Position numbers and translations under genes: made by a program. A DNA stretch of 64,000 nt from Octopus sinensis (Eukaryota), in assembly GCF_006345805.1 (NCBI RefSeq), contig NC_043009.1, positions 35,216,001 through 35,280,000 of the forward strand, in the 5' to 3' direction. The number at the start of each line of letters is the position of its first letter. Position 1 is the stretch's first letter. The notes under the pieces were generated by a model. The model saw nothing but the letters and a program-made list of their open reading frames with translations, did no database searches and was not told the DNA's origin. Positions 38,009-53,068 of the stretch are shown here, piece by piece.

Positions 38009-41000
38009 TATGTTAATGTTCGGTTAATTTAGGAATAAGGAAATGAATATAAAATAAGCTTGTATGTTCTTCCTTTTACATCATTACATAAACAAGACAG
38101 ATATGTATAATTTTTGTACACACAAAGACACACAGACACACAGACACACACACACAATCACACGCACACACATATGTATATAATGTATTATGTGCACGCG
38201 CCTGTTTGGGTGCATACGTGTCTATAAGTATGGTTATGTATGTATATGTCAGTATGTAACACTCACGAATGCTATTAAACGTTCAACAATCGATAGGTGA
38301 ACCTTAATTAAGAGATAAGACTATAGATTCAGTGTTGAGAATTGCTTCAAACTAACTGCGATCAATGAAAAGATTTTAATTAATACCACTCGAGGTTGTT
38401 ATCAAGTTGTATTTTTTTTTCAATTTTTCATCACATTTCAACTCGGAAATTTACCCCATCAAACTTATTTCCACGAAGTCATGATGCGAATATTTAAAGT
38501 AAGTCCTGAGAGAATCTAAAGATCATGGATTTCTTGAGAATTTGTTGTACAACTTTAAATAGCATCCCTTTATTTTACAGTAATTTCCTAGCATTTAGCT
38601 TCCAGTGAACTACTGATTTGCGCTCGACATTTTTTTCCAGTAGAGCAATCATTCTTTTTCATTATTGAAAATTTGTGTTATATAATACATACATACATAT
38701 CTATTTATTTATTTATATTTATATATATATAACATATATACATGCATATATATTTGTATATATGTTTATATATATATAATATATGTATTTGCATGTATGT
38801 ATATATATATATTTGCGTATATGTATATAAATATATATATACACATGTATATATATATATACTTATATATATATGCATATATATATATATAAAGAGAGAG
38901 AGAGAGAGACATATAAAAAACAGAGAGAGAGAGACAGGCGAGAGAGAGAGAGAGAGACGATGTTACATACGTATCAACTGATATTTAACGCTGTCAATGC
39001 TTCTTTAAGTGTAAGAGATACTGTTTAATTAGCCAGTGTTGTAAAGTTTTCTGCAAATGTGAAAAAAGTTCAATGCATACAATAAAGTATATGCTATAAT
39101 TATATGTGTGTGTGATTGTGTGTGATTATGCGTGTGTATGTGTGTGTGTGTTCGTACAGTATAGCAAGAGCAATTACTAAAATTGAAACTATGATTGCAT
39201 TGCTCGAGGAACTTTTAGATAAAACGAAGAATTGTCTGAGAAGTACATGAAAAAATTATACAATGATTTTTTGTTTTATAACTCACAATTGAGACTTCAG
39301 ATCTAGGTAAATGGTAGCGGAAATTTAGCACCAAATGTGCCCTTTGGAAGTAGTTCAGTAACAAGACAGGCTAGTGGACTATCCCTTTATGAAATATCGT
39401 TTGTAATCAATCAACCGTATCTATTGAAGGAGACATACTACAACAAATAGAATAGACAAGAACACTGATGAGTTGAAACAATGTAGTAATTTACAAGTAT
39501 AGATACAGGCTAACAATGGTTGCAAATACTATAAAAGAAGACTGACTTAAAATTCCCCGAAACTTTTGTGTCGATTACAATGTTGCGGAGTCTCCTGCTT
39601 ACAGGGCATTTCTCTCTTCCTCTCTTTCTTTCTTTCTTTCTTTCTTTCTTTTCTTACTTTCTTTCTTTCTCTCTCTCTCTCTATCTCTCTATCTATCTAT
39701 CTGTTTAACCATCTATCTATAAATACACACACATATATATATATATACGAGTATGTGTGTGTATGTATACATAATAGGCAATATACATATTCTCATTCTT
39801 AACATCATCAATTTTACAGCAATACTTATGAATGAATTTACTGCTAATGGCACTTTGACATATAAGAATTAGATATTTTCGTCAAGACTAAATTGACCCA
39901 TTCATTATGGAATGCGAAATTTCTGCCCTTCTATCTACACCGTAAAGCATTTAACTCGCTGTATCTTTCAATCTCTTAAGTGAAAAATATGCATCAAAAT
40001 TGATTTTTTTCTCAGATCACAGACATACACTTAATGTTGTATTATGATAATTAAATTATTTATTCATGTTTTCTTTTTTATCAACTTGACAAGGAACAAC
40101 CCATGATAATTAGTAAAGAAATTAATCATAACTTAACTGAAGTAAAAAAAAAAGAATAATATTATATTCAAAACTGCATAATAATAACAGTTTGGTGCAC
40201 AATAGCGATTAATATTGGGCAACTTCGCCGAACAAGACAAAGCCTTTCAAGTGAAGTCTACAATAAAGTGTCAGTTTCTATTTGGTGCATTTCTCTATTA
40301 TTTCGGTCTTGTAGTTTGTCTACCGAGTGATTTAATCTCAGACTGTAGTAATCCGATGCAACTGCACCATGTAAGAGCCCGCGAAACTATTTAGTTGCAC
40401 AAAAAACATGAAGTCCTATTGTAATCGATTTGAAAGTTTGTTGAGAATCACTTCTTATAGGACGAGGGTTTTGTTTTCTTTTTTTTATCTTTAATATTTT
40501 AGAATTGTTGCCTTTTATTTAAGTCGCTTCTCTATTTCATGTTGCGATTCAAGTAATATATGCTTGTTGCATTCACATAGATTGACATTGACTCTGTGCC
40601 ACTAATCGCCGGTCTGTCATCTTAAGTTGATGTTCAGTTTACTTGTTTTCATTTTCAACATTGTGTAAATTAATGTCAACATTCCACGTTTTTTAAATTC
40701 TTCTCCCTTTTTAATATTATTTCTTTATATTGTCTCCCTCTTTTTGTACTCTTCGTATAAAACATAAAATTTATAGTATATTAAAGGTTTATCTATTGTG
40801 ATTTAATTCGTAGAAATTAAGCATACTATAAATTAAGTATGCACTATCTAGAATCTAGATAAAATATATTTTGAAAGACTACGATTGGTGAAAGCATAAA
40901 TCTCACTGCATTTTATTCCAGTTAAATCAGAGCAATCCTCTCTTTTTAGCCATTTTATAGTTTATACCAGACGACAAATTAAAAGTTTCGAGTGATTAAA

Positions 41001-42660
41001 GACCCTTACTTCACTGTGATACTGATGGAAACATTTAATTCCTATAGGATTGAAGCTGTCGTCTTTACTGTTGTAAAATTTATGAAATATACTGTAGATA
41101 TTTCTTCTTCGTGAGCTGAATGCATTATACTGTTTCAGATCTAAATATTTTGCAATCTGATTTATCATGTCCTAAAATTACGCCTCTGTGTCACAGAAGA
41201 AGCTAATAGCTCAATATTTCTTAGGATAAGCAATGCAGTATAATCTTCGTTGAAGATACAATGTTATTCTACAGAGGTAAAGCGAGTGTGCCAGAACAAA
41301 TGAATGGTTCCCGATGTGTATTTATTGCTAATATGAAAATATTGTTGGAATTGTTCTTACACCTTACACAGACATTTCAAAATGTCATTAATATAAATCT
41401 TTTTTTTTTATTGCGTGTGAAAGCAAAGGGTAAAATATTGGGTGGAGCTTCTATAAAGCACAATGTTACAATATTTCATAAATGTCTAATGAAAAACAGA
41501 ATTGCACTTCAACTGCTAAGGAATTGCATAGAAAATGTGTTAGAATATATAGATAGGATAGGATGATGAAACGGATGCCTATGAAAAATTACTTCTAACA
41601 ATGTTTTCTATGTATGATATACTCCCAACAGAGAAACGTGGAGCTCTAAACCTACTACATGTATCAGTATGCCGGAAAAGAATCCTCGTAGACTTAAATT
41701 TAGTATCGCTAATTTATATCACAAAACTAATTTTACTGTTTTGGTCTGATATAAGTATAACAAGCATACTGTATAGTGTATTTTCTCAGTGATCTAGACA
41801 CCTGTAAAATAATGTAAAGGCTATACATCACATGAAATCTTCATATCTATATGTCTTTATAGAGGCAGAAAGCAAAAGTAACACCCACTAAATCGTGAAC
41901 GAATATTTACTACTCAAATTATATAGTGTTGAGCTGTGAGTACCTCAATTTCAAAGTTGAAATTGCATTTGTGATTTTGTTTATATAATATTGAAATGGA
42001 AATATGTGAAGATGCGTAGTTTAATGGTTAGGATGTTGAAAAGAAAAATGTAAGGCCATGGGGCGACTCCCAGATCGGATGGCAGGCTACCTCCTTAAGT
42101 AAAGCACTATATTTCATTCAGCTGAACATTCTGTGATGTCTGCAACAGTATAGTGCCTCGTGGACAATTAACCAAAATCCATCCTTGTTAGTTGCGGTAC
42201 ACTAAAGAATGAAAAGTAATATAGTTTAAGAGAAAGATATCCTCTAAGCAAATTAGTTTTCCATTACACTTTTTAATGAGAAGTTATACCAATTTAAAAT
42301 AGTATTCATTTTGTAAAATCTATTGGCGGAGTTTGTTCGATAGATCAATATATATTATAAATGATGATGTATTCACTCTAAGATTAATTCATCTTAATTA
42401 CAAATGATTTTTGTTACTTGTTTGTAACACATTGCTATTTCGACAATTATCGTATATTACTTTTCACTTCAGATATATCTTACTATTAATCATTCTCTAA
42501 TACAATTTGCGATTTTTCATACGTAAGGCTGGCGGTGAGTGTATTTTAGCTTATTTTATGTATAAGTTATTTCAACACGTTTGTAAGCATTCCTTTCTTT
42601 ATGTGTGCATGCATGTATGTTATTGCTTGCCTTCATCTATGTATGGAATTTGCTACATAT

Positions 42661-42813
<153 letters not shown>

Positions 42814-43660
42814 TCATGGCAAGTACTGGACTAAACTAAATGTAAAAGAAATAGACAAAGAAGAATCCCAGCAATGGTTGAGAAAGTCAGGACTCAAAGT
42901 AGAAACAGAGGGATTTTTAATTGCAGCACAAGCACAAAGCCTCCCCACCAGAAATTACCAAAAACATGTAATGAAAAGAAATATAACAAGTAACTGCAGA
43001 ATATGTGGAGATGGACAAGAAGCAATAAATCATATTATCTCTGGCTGCCCAGTCCTGGCTAAGAAGGAATATATTCACAGACACGACAGAGTTGGGACCT
43101 ACATATACTGGAAGCTATGCCAACATTATGGAATAACATCAGAAAAAAGATGGTATAGGCACACACCAGAAAATGTCACAGAGAACGAGAAAGCAACCAT
43201 ACTCTTGGATATGCCAATACACACAGATAGAGAAATAAAGGCCAACAGACCAGATATAGTTGTCAGAGATCATGAAGAAAAAAAATGCTTTCTAATTGAT
43301 GTATCATTACCAGCAGATGACAACGTGTCTCTAAAAGAAATGGAGAAACTCTCAAAATACAAAAACCTGGAAATAGAGGTAACTAGAATATGGAATCTAA
43401 AAACAGAAACAATTCCTATCATAGTAGGTGCATTAGGTATGAAGAAAAATATTCAGACACATACATAACAAAAACACCAGGACTTACAAACACATATAAC
43501 ATACAGAAAATTGCACTACTAGGCACTGCACACATCCTACGCAGAACACTTTCAATACAGTAACTATAAGAGCATCATAACAAACCACAGCACATACCCA
43601 AGGCACACAGAGCTGCGCTCGGTAGTGAAGTGAAAGCACGATATAAAAATAAAACTACTG
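42814..43660 (+). mobile_element. 5'-truncated R4/Dong non-LTR retrotransposon inserted in (TAA)n
   Basis: CCHC knuckle CRICGDGQEAINHIISGC, RHD motif, RLE nuclease NRPDIVV..CFLIDVSLPADDNV..KEMEKLSKY. C-terminus IQKIALLGTAHILRRTL* after one frameshift. ~100-bp 3' UTR, then AATAATAAT. Confidence 0.95.
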
Positions 43661-44857
43661 AATAATAATAATAATGACGATGAGGAGGACGAGGAAGTGG
43701 AGGAGGATTCTATGAGTAAGGGGACATTTAAATGTTTAATCTAGTTCGAAACTTGCATACATAACTAAACATTTATTCAAAAACAAATACACAAAAACAT
43801 AAAATTAATATATTTCTTGAGAAATAAAACCTGTAATTATATGTTTGTAAATCAAATTTCATTCTAAAATTTGTCATTTTTTATAAAACTCAATTGTGCA
43901 AATTTATATGCTTTTAAATGCATTTAATTTTCACAAACTGCCAACAGCTATGCTGTGTAAATAATTTTGCTATTTATTCTTGCACGTTTCCTCGCCTATA
44001 AATATGTCACCCTATGCCGCTATAGCTACTGGTTACTCTGCTGCTACTGCTACAGGTCACCCTGTGTCTTTACAGCTACACTAGAAAATTAATTATGACT
44101 GAAAATCTCAGTTTCTATATGGCATGCCCACAATAACAATATATTTATATATCTAAAGGATATCTGAATATCTATAAGACGTATTATTCTCGTTTAGACC
44201 CAGGTCAACGCACATTGGCCAGATTTATGACGAAAGACATTTCAGACGTTTTTCCTCAAATGTTCGTCATTTTCTAATATATTTTGGTGAGATTTTAAGA
44301 AAATGTAATTTGTTTTTCTAGCAGGTCAGGTTACCCCGTAGAACTACCGCTGCTGATTGATTTCTCTCTTGTTGACTCATTTCACTGCATATCTTATTAA
44401 TATTGAAATATTCTGGCTTATATACATTAAACATATTATGTAAATAATTATTGTAGACAAGCAGTTTTACTCTACCAATGTACACATAAATTTGGAAAAT
44501 ATGGCGATAAAATTAACAGTGGAAACGTCACGTCTCACAAACAAAGGTAATAATTTCAATTATCTAAAAAGGCTAACGATGAAATAACTAGCAAATATAC
44601 TTGCAAGGTATAGCGGTGGTGTATCTGCAACACGAATAACTAAGCAGGGGATGCTGAAAGTTACCAGGTACAGTCTCGGCACTATGTATTTTTTTATTGC
44701 TCAAGATTTTTTTAAATAAGCTTAATGAGTTTAACCTACATGGCTGTGTATATGTACCGTGTCTGCTAAAGTTCACAAGTAATTCAAATTATTCTGGTAA
44801 ACTGGAAATCTTCCGCTAGAGATATGTTTTCATTGGAAACATTTTCGTTTTTATAAC

Positions 44858-45750
44858 GTGGAGAAGATGAAAACTGCTTCATGTAGAAAATCCGAAGACT
44901 TATTAAACTGGCTTTTAGAGAGTATTAAGGAATACGAATTGAAGTTCATAATCTACAAGACGTATGATGTAAAGAATCATGAAATAGCTAAATTTGAAGA
45001 GAAAGAAATGGAGAAGTGCCCCGGGCAGACATGGGAAGATATTACATATCTGACCCGAGGACCAAAATACGCAACAGTGGAGGTGAGTTCCAAAAGCACA
45101 GAAATGGCCACGGAGCACTCAGCCCATACGCTAAAAACGAGAGGAATTGGCACTTCTGCCGCTATATCTTGGATGAAGAACGTCCCAAATAAAAATTTTA
45201 GCAGTGCCACCCCAGATAGAGGTCGCCTGGGTTGTGGCCGCTCTGATGTAACAGCGAGAGGAGAAAATTGAAGTACTATAGGCGACACACTCCACCCAAC
45301 CAAAACTGATGGTACAGAGCATCCAGATGTTGGTACAAGCCGCACCCAGCGACTTGGAAAATATACCTGACAGAATATGTATTGAGGAGACAGAATATGT
45401 ATTGCGTGAAAAAAGGGCATGAAGGACTGAGTGCTTGCCTCTCAACGAGGAGAATCAAGAACAAAACGCAGACGCTAAAAAGAAAAAGGAAGAAAAAAGA
45501 AAAAGAACTAGGAGGGACCCCTCCCCCACAAAAGCAGATGGAGGCGTGACTTCGGCGGAGGATGTGACTTTGGTCAGGAGTGAACCTACGGTTGCGGGGA
45601 CGGTTGTTGAACCGGAGACGCAGCCAGTTGTAGAGCCAGATACAGAACAGCAGTCGGAGAAGGGTGTCTCAACCACAGTACAAACTTGTGCATTATCAGC
45701 CAAGGCATCTCTAGCCCACCCTTTAACGACCTTTGGTAGCAGATAAAGTG
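44858..45750 (+). mobile_element. L1/Tx1-type LINE ORF1 remnant
   Basis: Frameshifted ORF (YKTYD..N..IAK.EE...YLTRG.KYATVEV...LLPLYLG...VPP) with a degenerate C-x2-C-x4-H-x4-C knuckle near 45400. Clade assignment is from recall. Confidence 0.55.
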
Positions 45751-47156
45751 ACTCACAAAAAGCGGGAGTCGTTCCAACTTGCTCAGCCTACCTAGCCAAG
45801 ATAACACCCTTCCAGACCAGTCTTCGAAGCCCAGGTATAGTTTACAGTTCGAGTTAGTGTGTTGGAAATATTGATTGTTGGTTCGTTGCGTGCTTGTTAC
45901 TACTGCAGTTTCTATTCTTATTGTTATTTTTGCCAAATAAACACACGCAGTCTTCACTTATTTATTACTTTTCTTATTTTAACTCATGACCATTGTCCAG
46001 AAACAATTTTATCGACCCTCAGCCCCCGGCCCCACTCCGTTGCCACTGCTACAGCACTTAACCCCAACTTTGGTGCCATTCCTGTATCTCACTCTCTTGG
46101 TGTTTTCGCCCACGCTGCTGCCTTCGTGGTTGTTGTTGTTGTTATTGCTGCTATTGCTGTTGTCGTTGATGGTCGTGTTCTTGATGTTGCGGCCGTTTGT
46201 GAAGTTACTATATGTGTGTTTGTGTGTACATATGGGTTTGTTTACTGTGTTGTTTGTATCCGTGCTCGTTATACAGTTTTTTTTTCTATTTATCTCTTTC
46301 TTATATTTATCATAAGTATGTATATATTTATCTACTGTGTATGCATTACATTATTTATAACTGTTTCTTATATTTATCATAAGTATGCGTCTATTGTGTG
46401 TGCATTACACTGTTTATAAATGTTCCTTTTTTTTCTTGCTTCTGTCGTTAGTCATCATGTTGTGTGGCGTGGTGGTGGGTGTTATTGTTCCATTCGTGTT
46501 TTCGAAAATTAATCTGCTTGAGCGCGTTCTGTTTATCTTACTTCTGTCCCTAAATGAATTTAAATTATTTGCTAGACCTGTTTTGAAATTTAGCGAGCTG
46601 GCCTCTATTTAGAAATACGTCCTTTCCTCGGAAGTGCTTGCATCGATACACTAAACCGTATGGAGCATGGGGAAATAAATAGAAATACGCTAATTGTTTA
46701 CATGGAGACGCTAATTACTTAATAACAGGCTAGAACAGGCTTTAGGTTGCTTACATAAACATACCAAAACCTTTAAGGAATATAACTCATTCTAGATAAC
46801 TCAATATTCCACCCACAGATGGGTAGGAAATTAAGGATAGAACATATCCTAAACTCCATAATTACATGCCCTTTTCACTTATCTAACCTAAACCTTGAAA
46901 ATATCTGAATAACTTAGAACATAACCTGGAACTGAACGTCCCTAGAAAAAATGCATTACAAGAACTAAAGTTGAAAGGAAGCTTATTAATACACATCTAT
47001 TACAATAACAAAAACTTTGACCTAATTTAATAGAATCCTGAATCCGGCCAACAACTGGTGTGAAACCGAGGTCAACGACATTAGTTTACAAAAGATCAGA
47101 ATTCAAATTCAAAATAACCTCTCCTCACTTCCCCTGGGGAATGCAAGGGCCCATCC

Positions 47157-47315
47157 TCAGAAGGAAACAGTCTGGGAAATGTCCAGTTACATAGGTCCTG
47201 TTACTCTACTCAAACTGGAGAGTGACTGCTACTGCAGCTAACATTAGGCGGTGGAGTTTGAGTAGGGTAACAGAACCTGTGTAACTAAGACATTTCCCAG
47301 GCTGTTTTCTTATGA
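47157..47315. repeat. Inverted repeat, ~60-bp arms, ~38-bp spacer
   Basis: tcagaaggaaacagtctgggaaatgtccagttacataggtcctgttactctactcaaact versus the reverse complement of 47255-47315. Confidence 0.85.
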
Positions 47316-47769
47316 TCATGGGCTTTTACGCCTGAAATATAAAGGTATTTGTAAAACTTTCCGCATTTCTTATTTACCCTTGCCTTTTCCTTCTTCAATA
47401 ATACAATGATTCCAGCGAACTACAACGTACGCGTTCTCGTTCCTATAAATCTCTAGAAACCTCTTTTGACTAATTCTGCAGTAACGCCATTATTCCGTGG
47501 TTCTATTGTTTTAAAAGGAAAACATCCTCTAGACATACAGAGTTTGACATTACAGACCTAAAACTTCGTTATCTAAGACCCTGCTGAAAACTCTGCATTC
47601 AAGGGAGAATTCATCTGACTGATTAATCTAGTTACTAGGTTCATTAGAAGCACCACGAAAGTACTACTATATTACAGCCGTTATTCCTAGGCCAAGAAAG
47701 ACAGTGGTTTCATAAATTTTCTCATAGCGATATGATAGGGCTGATATGGCGGATTTGGTGTCATCTTGG

Positions 47770-48430
47770 TTGTCGATACCTTTCGGAAGCGCACCAAAAC
47801 ACAAATAAAGACTTGGCAGTTTTATAATAAATTAGACGGCATGGCATGGACAGGTTTAGAAAGGGGCTTGGTTTAAACATATCGAAGTCGTTCTGCATCT
47901 CATTTTCGGTCCGTCAGTATGGCTGCCCACTCTCACCACTACGAAAGCAGGATATTTCGAGGGGCATCTCGCAAAAACTAGAATACAGAAGATTTTTGTC
48001 ATTTTATGCGAGCGACATCAGCGCAACAGTGTCGGATGTTTTGGAAATCGAGATGATCGGCACTACACTAAAGGATTACGAGGGGGAGACCGAAACAAAG
48101 ATTAACCAGAAGTCGGTGGACGTGTTATTCAATACCTGGAGAGACAGGTTCATACCGGATGTCAGCGTCGTATGGCGCTGGTTAAATTACTTGGTGTCCG
48201 GCTTGGTCCGGATCAAACCAGACTGGTTGGAGTGACGTGTCGTGTGGCCAGTCTTATCCATAAATGGTAAGCGATAAAGCTGTCTCTGAAGTGTCGGGCG
48301 GAGGTGACGAATGAATACATTGCATCCGTCATATATTGCCGCCTGACCGCCATCATCGCTTTGCTTGATTCGATGCTGATCAAGTTGAAGCGCATACACT
48401 TCCACTTTTTGTATACCGTGTGACACCAAA
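47770..48430 (+). mobile_element. L1/Tx1-type LINE reverse transcriptase remnant
   Basis: SVRQ(Y)GCPLSPL, FYASDIS (degenerate YADD), IEMIGTTLKDYE.ET..KIN.KS, LLGV..GPD; many frameshifts. Confidence 0.75.
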
Positions 48431-48767
48431 TCCAAATACAGCAACATGTCACGGTCGGAGCTGGTGTTTGCGAGGAAAATAAAATAAGAATTGGATAAAT
48501 TGCTGCCTGGCAAGAAAAGAAAAATTGCAAAGGAAAATACAGCAATATATTCCAAGATTTGTGAAAAGGTATTTGTTAGGACATATAAGAATGGAAAACA
48601 AAGGAATCATAGGAAAAATGCTATACTTGGTAAAAGGAAGAAAAGGGGTATACAAAAGACACATGAACCGACCAAAAAAAGATTCGGTGAGAGCGAACCC
48701 AAGAGAATAGAAGAGCCAATGAAATATCTATGTGATACTTTTTAAGTCCCAACGCCTCTACAAATAG

Positions 48768-48943
48768 CAACCGATGCTGGTGTGTTTACGTCCCCGTAGC
48801 TTAGCGGTTATGCAAAAGAGACCGATAGAATAAGTACTAGACTTACAAAGTATAAGTCCAGTGGTCGATTTGCTCGACTAAAGGCGGTGCTCCAGCATTG
48901 CCGCAGTCAAATGACTGAAACAAGTTAAAGAGAGTGAAAGAGA
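48768..48943 (+). mobile_element. SINE family A, 3' half
   Basis: caaccgatgctggtgtgtttacgtcccc...tgactgaaacaag. Confidence 0.88.
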
Positions 48944-50409
48944 GGTAGCTCAAGGGATAAAAATTTGGTTTTCATTATCTTGAAAACAGGCGGAAATATG
49001 AACCAAAATGTTTTGACTGCGCAATTTTTTGTGAAAGAATGCATCCTTTTTGCATGTTCTCAGCACAAAAATCTATTACTAGCACATATAAACTTGTATT
49101 ATGTCTATTAAATACTATTTGCCTCGCACCAGATGGAATACATTTTCTGTTGATGTTGCTATCACGGAACAATACACAATATGTTTGTGTGTGTGTGTGT
49201 GTATATTTGATCCTACCCTCGTCTGCGTGTGTATAGATCATGATGTAGCTATGCACATAAACATGTGTGGGTACATACATAAATACATAGATATGCGACT
49301 CTGTATGTGTGTGTGTGTGTGTGTATGTGTGTGTGTGTGTGTGTGTGTACAGTGATGGATTCCAGGCTTTCGTATATTTATGAGTTGATTTCTTAATTTC
49401 ACCGGAGTGTAAATACCTATAATGGTGATACTTAAAAATATAAATAAAAATTACAAAATATATCGAACTTAAACATTTCCCGATAAGCAAGTGGTCATAT
49501 TATTTATATCCTATAAAGAACTACAGTACATTTGATTCAACTGTCATCATTGAAAGACGTTGAAAAGACTTCTCAAATCCTATGCAATATTTTCTATAAG
49601 TATTTCATTTTGTTTACTTTCTTTTTCATAATCATGGTTATGATTTAAATAACCATTCATTTAGTTATATGCAAATTTTACTCATATGCGTCTGGCGTAG
49701 ACATCGATCAAGTTTACTTTTAGCTGTCATGTACTTAGGTTTCTAATTCCCTTTTAGTCAAACAGCTACAAAGCGTAATTCACTTCAATTAAAAAGCATG
49801 AGTAAGCGCCGCATTGTAAGCTACACTATAATTTGCGAAAAATATTATCTGCGCGCAAAGTGCATCCCCCACCCGATGCTCATTTTTTCATTATTTTTAT
49901 TATCATCATTATTTAAGCAACAGTGGTGAATTTCGCCTCTTCAGTGTGAACGGAAATCACTCTTACATCTCAACTTCCAACATCACTACTTTTCGTAATT
50001 TACTGTCAAAAAACAAGGAGACAACACAGAACCATTTCAATATAAATCAAAATTTAGCGAGAAGTAATATTTATCCTCACTTAAACGTGCATGTTCTGTT
50101 AGAACAAAACCAAGTTTACCTGCTAATCACGGCACCCGCGCCTGTTCCTGCGCTGTTTTTCTACATATCACTGGCGGTGAGAAGATTCGCTACTATCGCT
50201 AGTGGTCGAGCGCCCATCATTAACAAGATCGAGGAAGGTCGAAATTATGTGATCTGGTGGTCTCGTCTCTGGAGATGGGGGAGATTTACTTCCCCACTAG
50301 CGACATAAACAAGAGTGCATTTTGCACCAAAAGCCAGTATGAGAGTATAAATTCCTTTAACAGAACATCTACATTTAAGTGGGAATCACTATTACCTCTC
50401 GGCAATATA

Positions 50410-50805
50410 TCTTTATATATAAAAGTGAAGTTGTGTGTCTGTCTCCTACGATTTAGATTCCTAACTACTCCCACATTTTGCAGTGCAGTGTAACCAAAAG
50501 CGGGTATCTTATAGTTGTGATTCATATCGAGCCCTTCTGGGTATTAGCACACATTTATGATGAGACTACGATTTTTAAAAAAAAATTACCATCATTTTTT
50601 TCCATTTTTAATGTATTTTTTTTGCTATTATATAAGAGAAGTAACTCTCTAAAAATGTATTATTAAATCTCAGAACATAAAAAGCTACAGTAACACTCCT
50701 CTTTGTGGTTAGCCATATTGAGATGGCTATTATACTTTACATCTCTAAAAATGCTTATATAGTTATTTCCCTTACAAACCCGAGCAACGCCGGGCGATAC
50801 TACTA

Positions 50806-50806
<1 letters not shown>
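50410..50806 (+). mobile_element. Non-autonomous Helitron (copy 2)
   Basis: 5' TC, 3' hairpin cccgagcaacgccggg plus CTAG-T, followed by (TA)n; similar to 9716-10103. Confidence 0.85.
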
Positions 50807-50855
<49 letters not shown>

Positions 50856-51603
50856 GGAGATGTACTTGCAGAGCAAGTGACCTGATCTGTGATCATGTGC
50901 TGAAACAAAAGCAATTGCAATATGGGAGCTGTTTATAAACCATTTAAAAACACAAAAAAACCCGTTAGATTCACTTCAATATTTAAATTTGATATGTCAA
51001 AATATGTTCGTCGCTTTGAAACGCTTTAAAGCGACGTTTTCACGGACAAAATTCCGTGCTTCACAGGAATGTGAAGAAGAAGAAATTTATGTGCAGAAAA
51101 ATACGTGGATATCAAGTAAAATAAATAAGAAAATACTAAACAGATAGAAATTTCTCCTTTAACCTCTTTCTTATCGGCAAAGGTTCTATTTTAAAATAGA
51201 CACTCACCACCAGACACATATTATCACAACATGATACATATTCCCCTATTTAAAACTGTCTTGTTCCTCACTCAATTTACAACCTACGAATTCCGTCCAG
51301 TAGACTGTATATTTGTTCTTAAGCTACAGAGGGGAAAAAGGTTGGAGCACACGCGCACGCATACTCTTGTATAGACACAGGTATATTCACATATTCATCC
51401 ATTGTCACATATAAAAACAAGATATAGCTATATATAGATATAACTGAATAAGATAGAGTAAACAAGAAAGTGTACGGCTGGACAGTTATTTCTTAATAAC
51501 TACACGTTTCCATATATATATATATATATGTATATATTTATATTTAAACATAGATACATACCCATAATAACAAATGGACTGACATATCTACATACGTATC
51601 TAC

Positions 51604-51669
<66 letters not shown>

Positions 51670-51817
51670 TATTCATATGTGTGTGTATATATATCTATAT
51701 GTGTGTGTGTGTTTGTGTGGGGGGGTATACAAAGTTTAATGAGACAAACAGACATATAAATAAACATACAGACAGACAGACAGAAAGACAGACTGACAGA
51801 CAGACAGACAGACTGAC

Positions 51818-51889
<72 letters not shown>

Positions 51890-51923
51890 GGATGGATAGA
51901 TAGATATATATATATATATATAT

Positions 51924-51998
<75 letters not shown>

Positions 51999-53068
51999 TT
52001 AGGTCATCAAATATAAAATTTGTAGTAAGGTAAATCATGAATTTTGTCAGCTGCTCATTTTGAGCCATTATTATATTTTGACAATCTTCATTTTGTTTTT
52101 AGAAAGCTACCACATTTATTTTTTTAAATTCTAACTCATTTTGCTCTTTATGAAGTATTTATAAATCGTTTTTAGCTCGTTTTGTTTAGAGATGGATAAG
52201 TCGAAAATTCATACTGTTTTGAGATATGAGTTCTTTCCCGGAATATTAATAGAGTATTTCTTTCTAATGTTATTACACAGCAGACAGTATCAAATTGGTA
52301 TGCAGATCGGTAAAACGAAAAAGTTGGATAGGTGGGTTCCACAGAAACTCAATGAAAATCAGAAACAGTAATGTTTGGAAGCTTGCATTATGCTACTTGC
52401 TCGTCACAAAAATAAATCATTTTTGAATCGAATTGTAACATGTGTTGAGCAATGGATCCAATGCAACCGCCGTAAACATTCAGCACAAGGATTGAACAAA
52501 GATGAGCTACCAAAACACAGTTCAAAATGCAAAATTCATCAAAAGAAGCTGATGGTATGTGTTTGGTGGTCTGTCGCATGTGTGATCCATTATGATTTCA
52601 TTAAACCTGGCTCATCAATCACGGCCGATGTATACTGCAGCCAACTGGACCAAATAATGCAGAAACTTACAAAAAAAAAACCCCAGCCTAGATTAGTCAA
52701 CATATCCACCCTATTTTATTTATTGCAAGACCACGCGAGATCACATATCGCAAAAAAGACATTGGCAAAATTACTGAGTTTGAGTTGGAAGTTCTCCATC
52801 ATCCAAATAGTTATCCAAGTGCTGGAGGAATTTGGATAACTTTTTGATATGAAAAAAAATTAATTCTGACGATGCTGCAGGCTTTCCAAATTTTATTGAC
52901 TCTAGATTGCCAGACTTTTACACTTCTGGGCTGGACAAGTTACCGATGAAATGGCAATAGTGTATTGACAATATGGGTGCACTCTTTGATGAATAAAACT
53001 ATTCCATGTAGTTATAAAATATTAGCAAACTTTTTTCTTTTTTATAAATATTATACTTGACGACCTAA
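51999..53068 (+). mobile_element. Mariner transposon with internal deletion, pseudogenised
   Basis: TIRs ttaggtcatcaaatataa / ttatacttgacgacctaa with TA TSD. FLNRIVTC..W, HQKKLMVCVWW, LLQDHARSH motifs. Length ~1.07 kb with part of the N-terminal region missing. Inserted at the end of a (GATA)n tract. Confidence 0.9.

Noticed and set aside
49946-50400. GC-richer ORFs upstream of Helitron copy 2 as captured Rep/helicase
   Set aside because: They lie outside the 5' TC terminus and show no Rep or helicase motifs.
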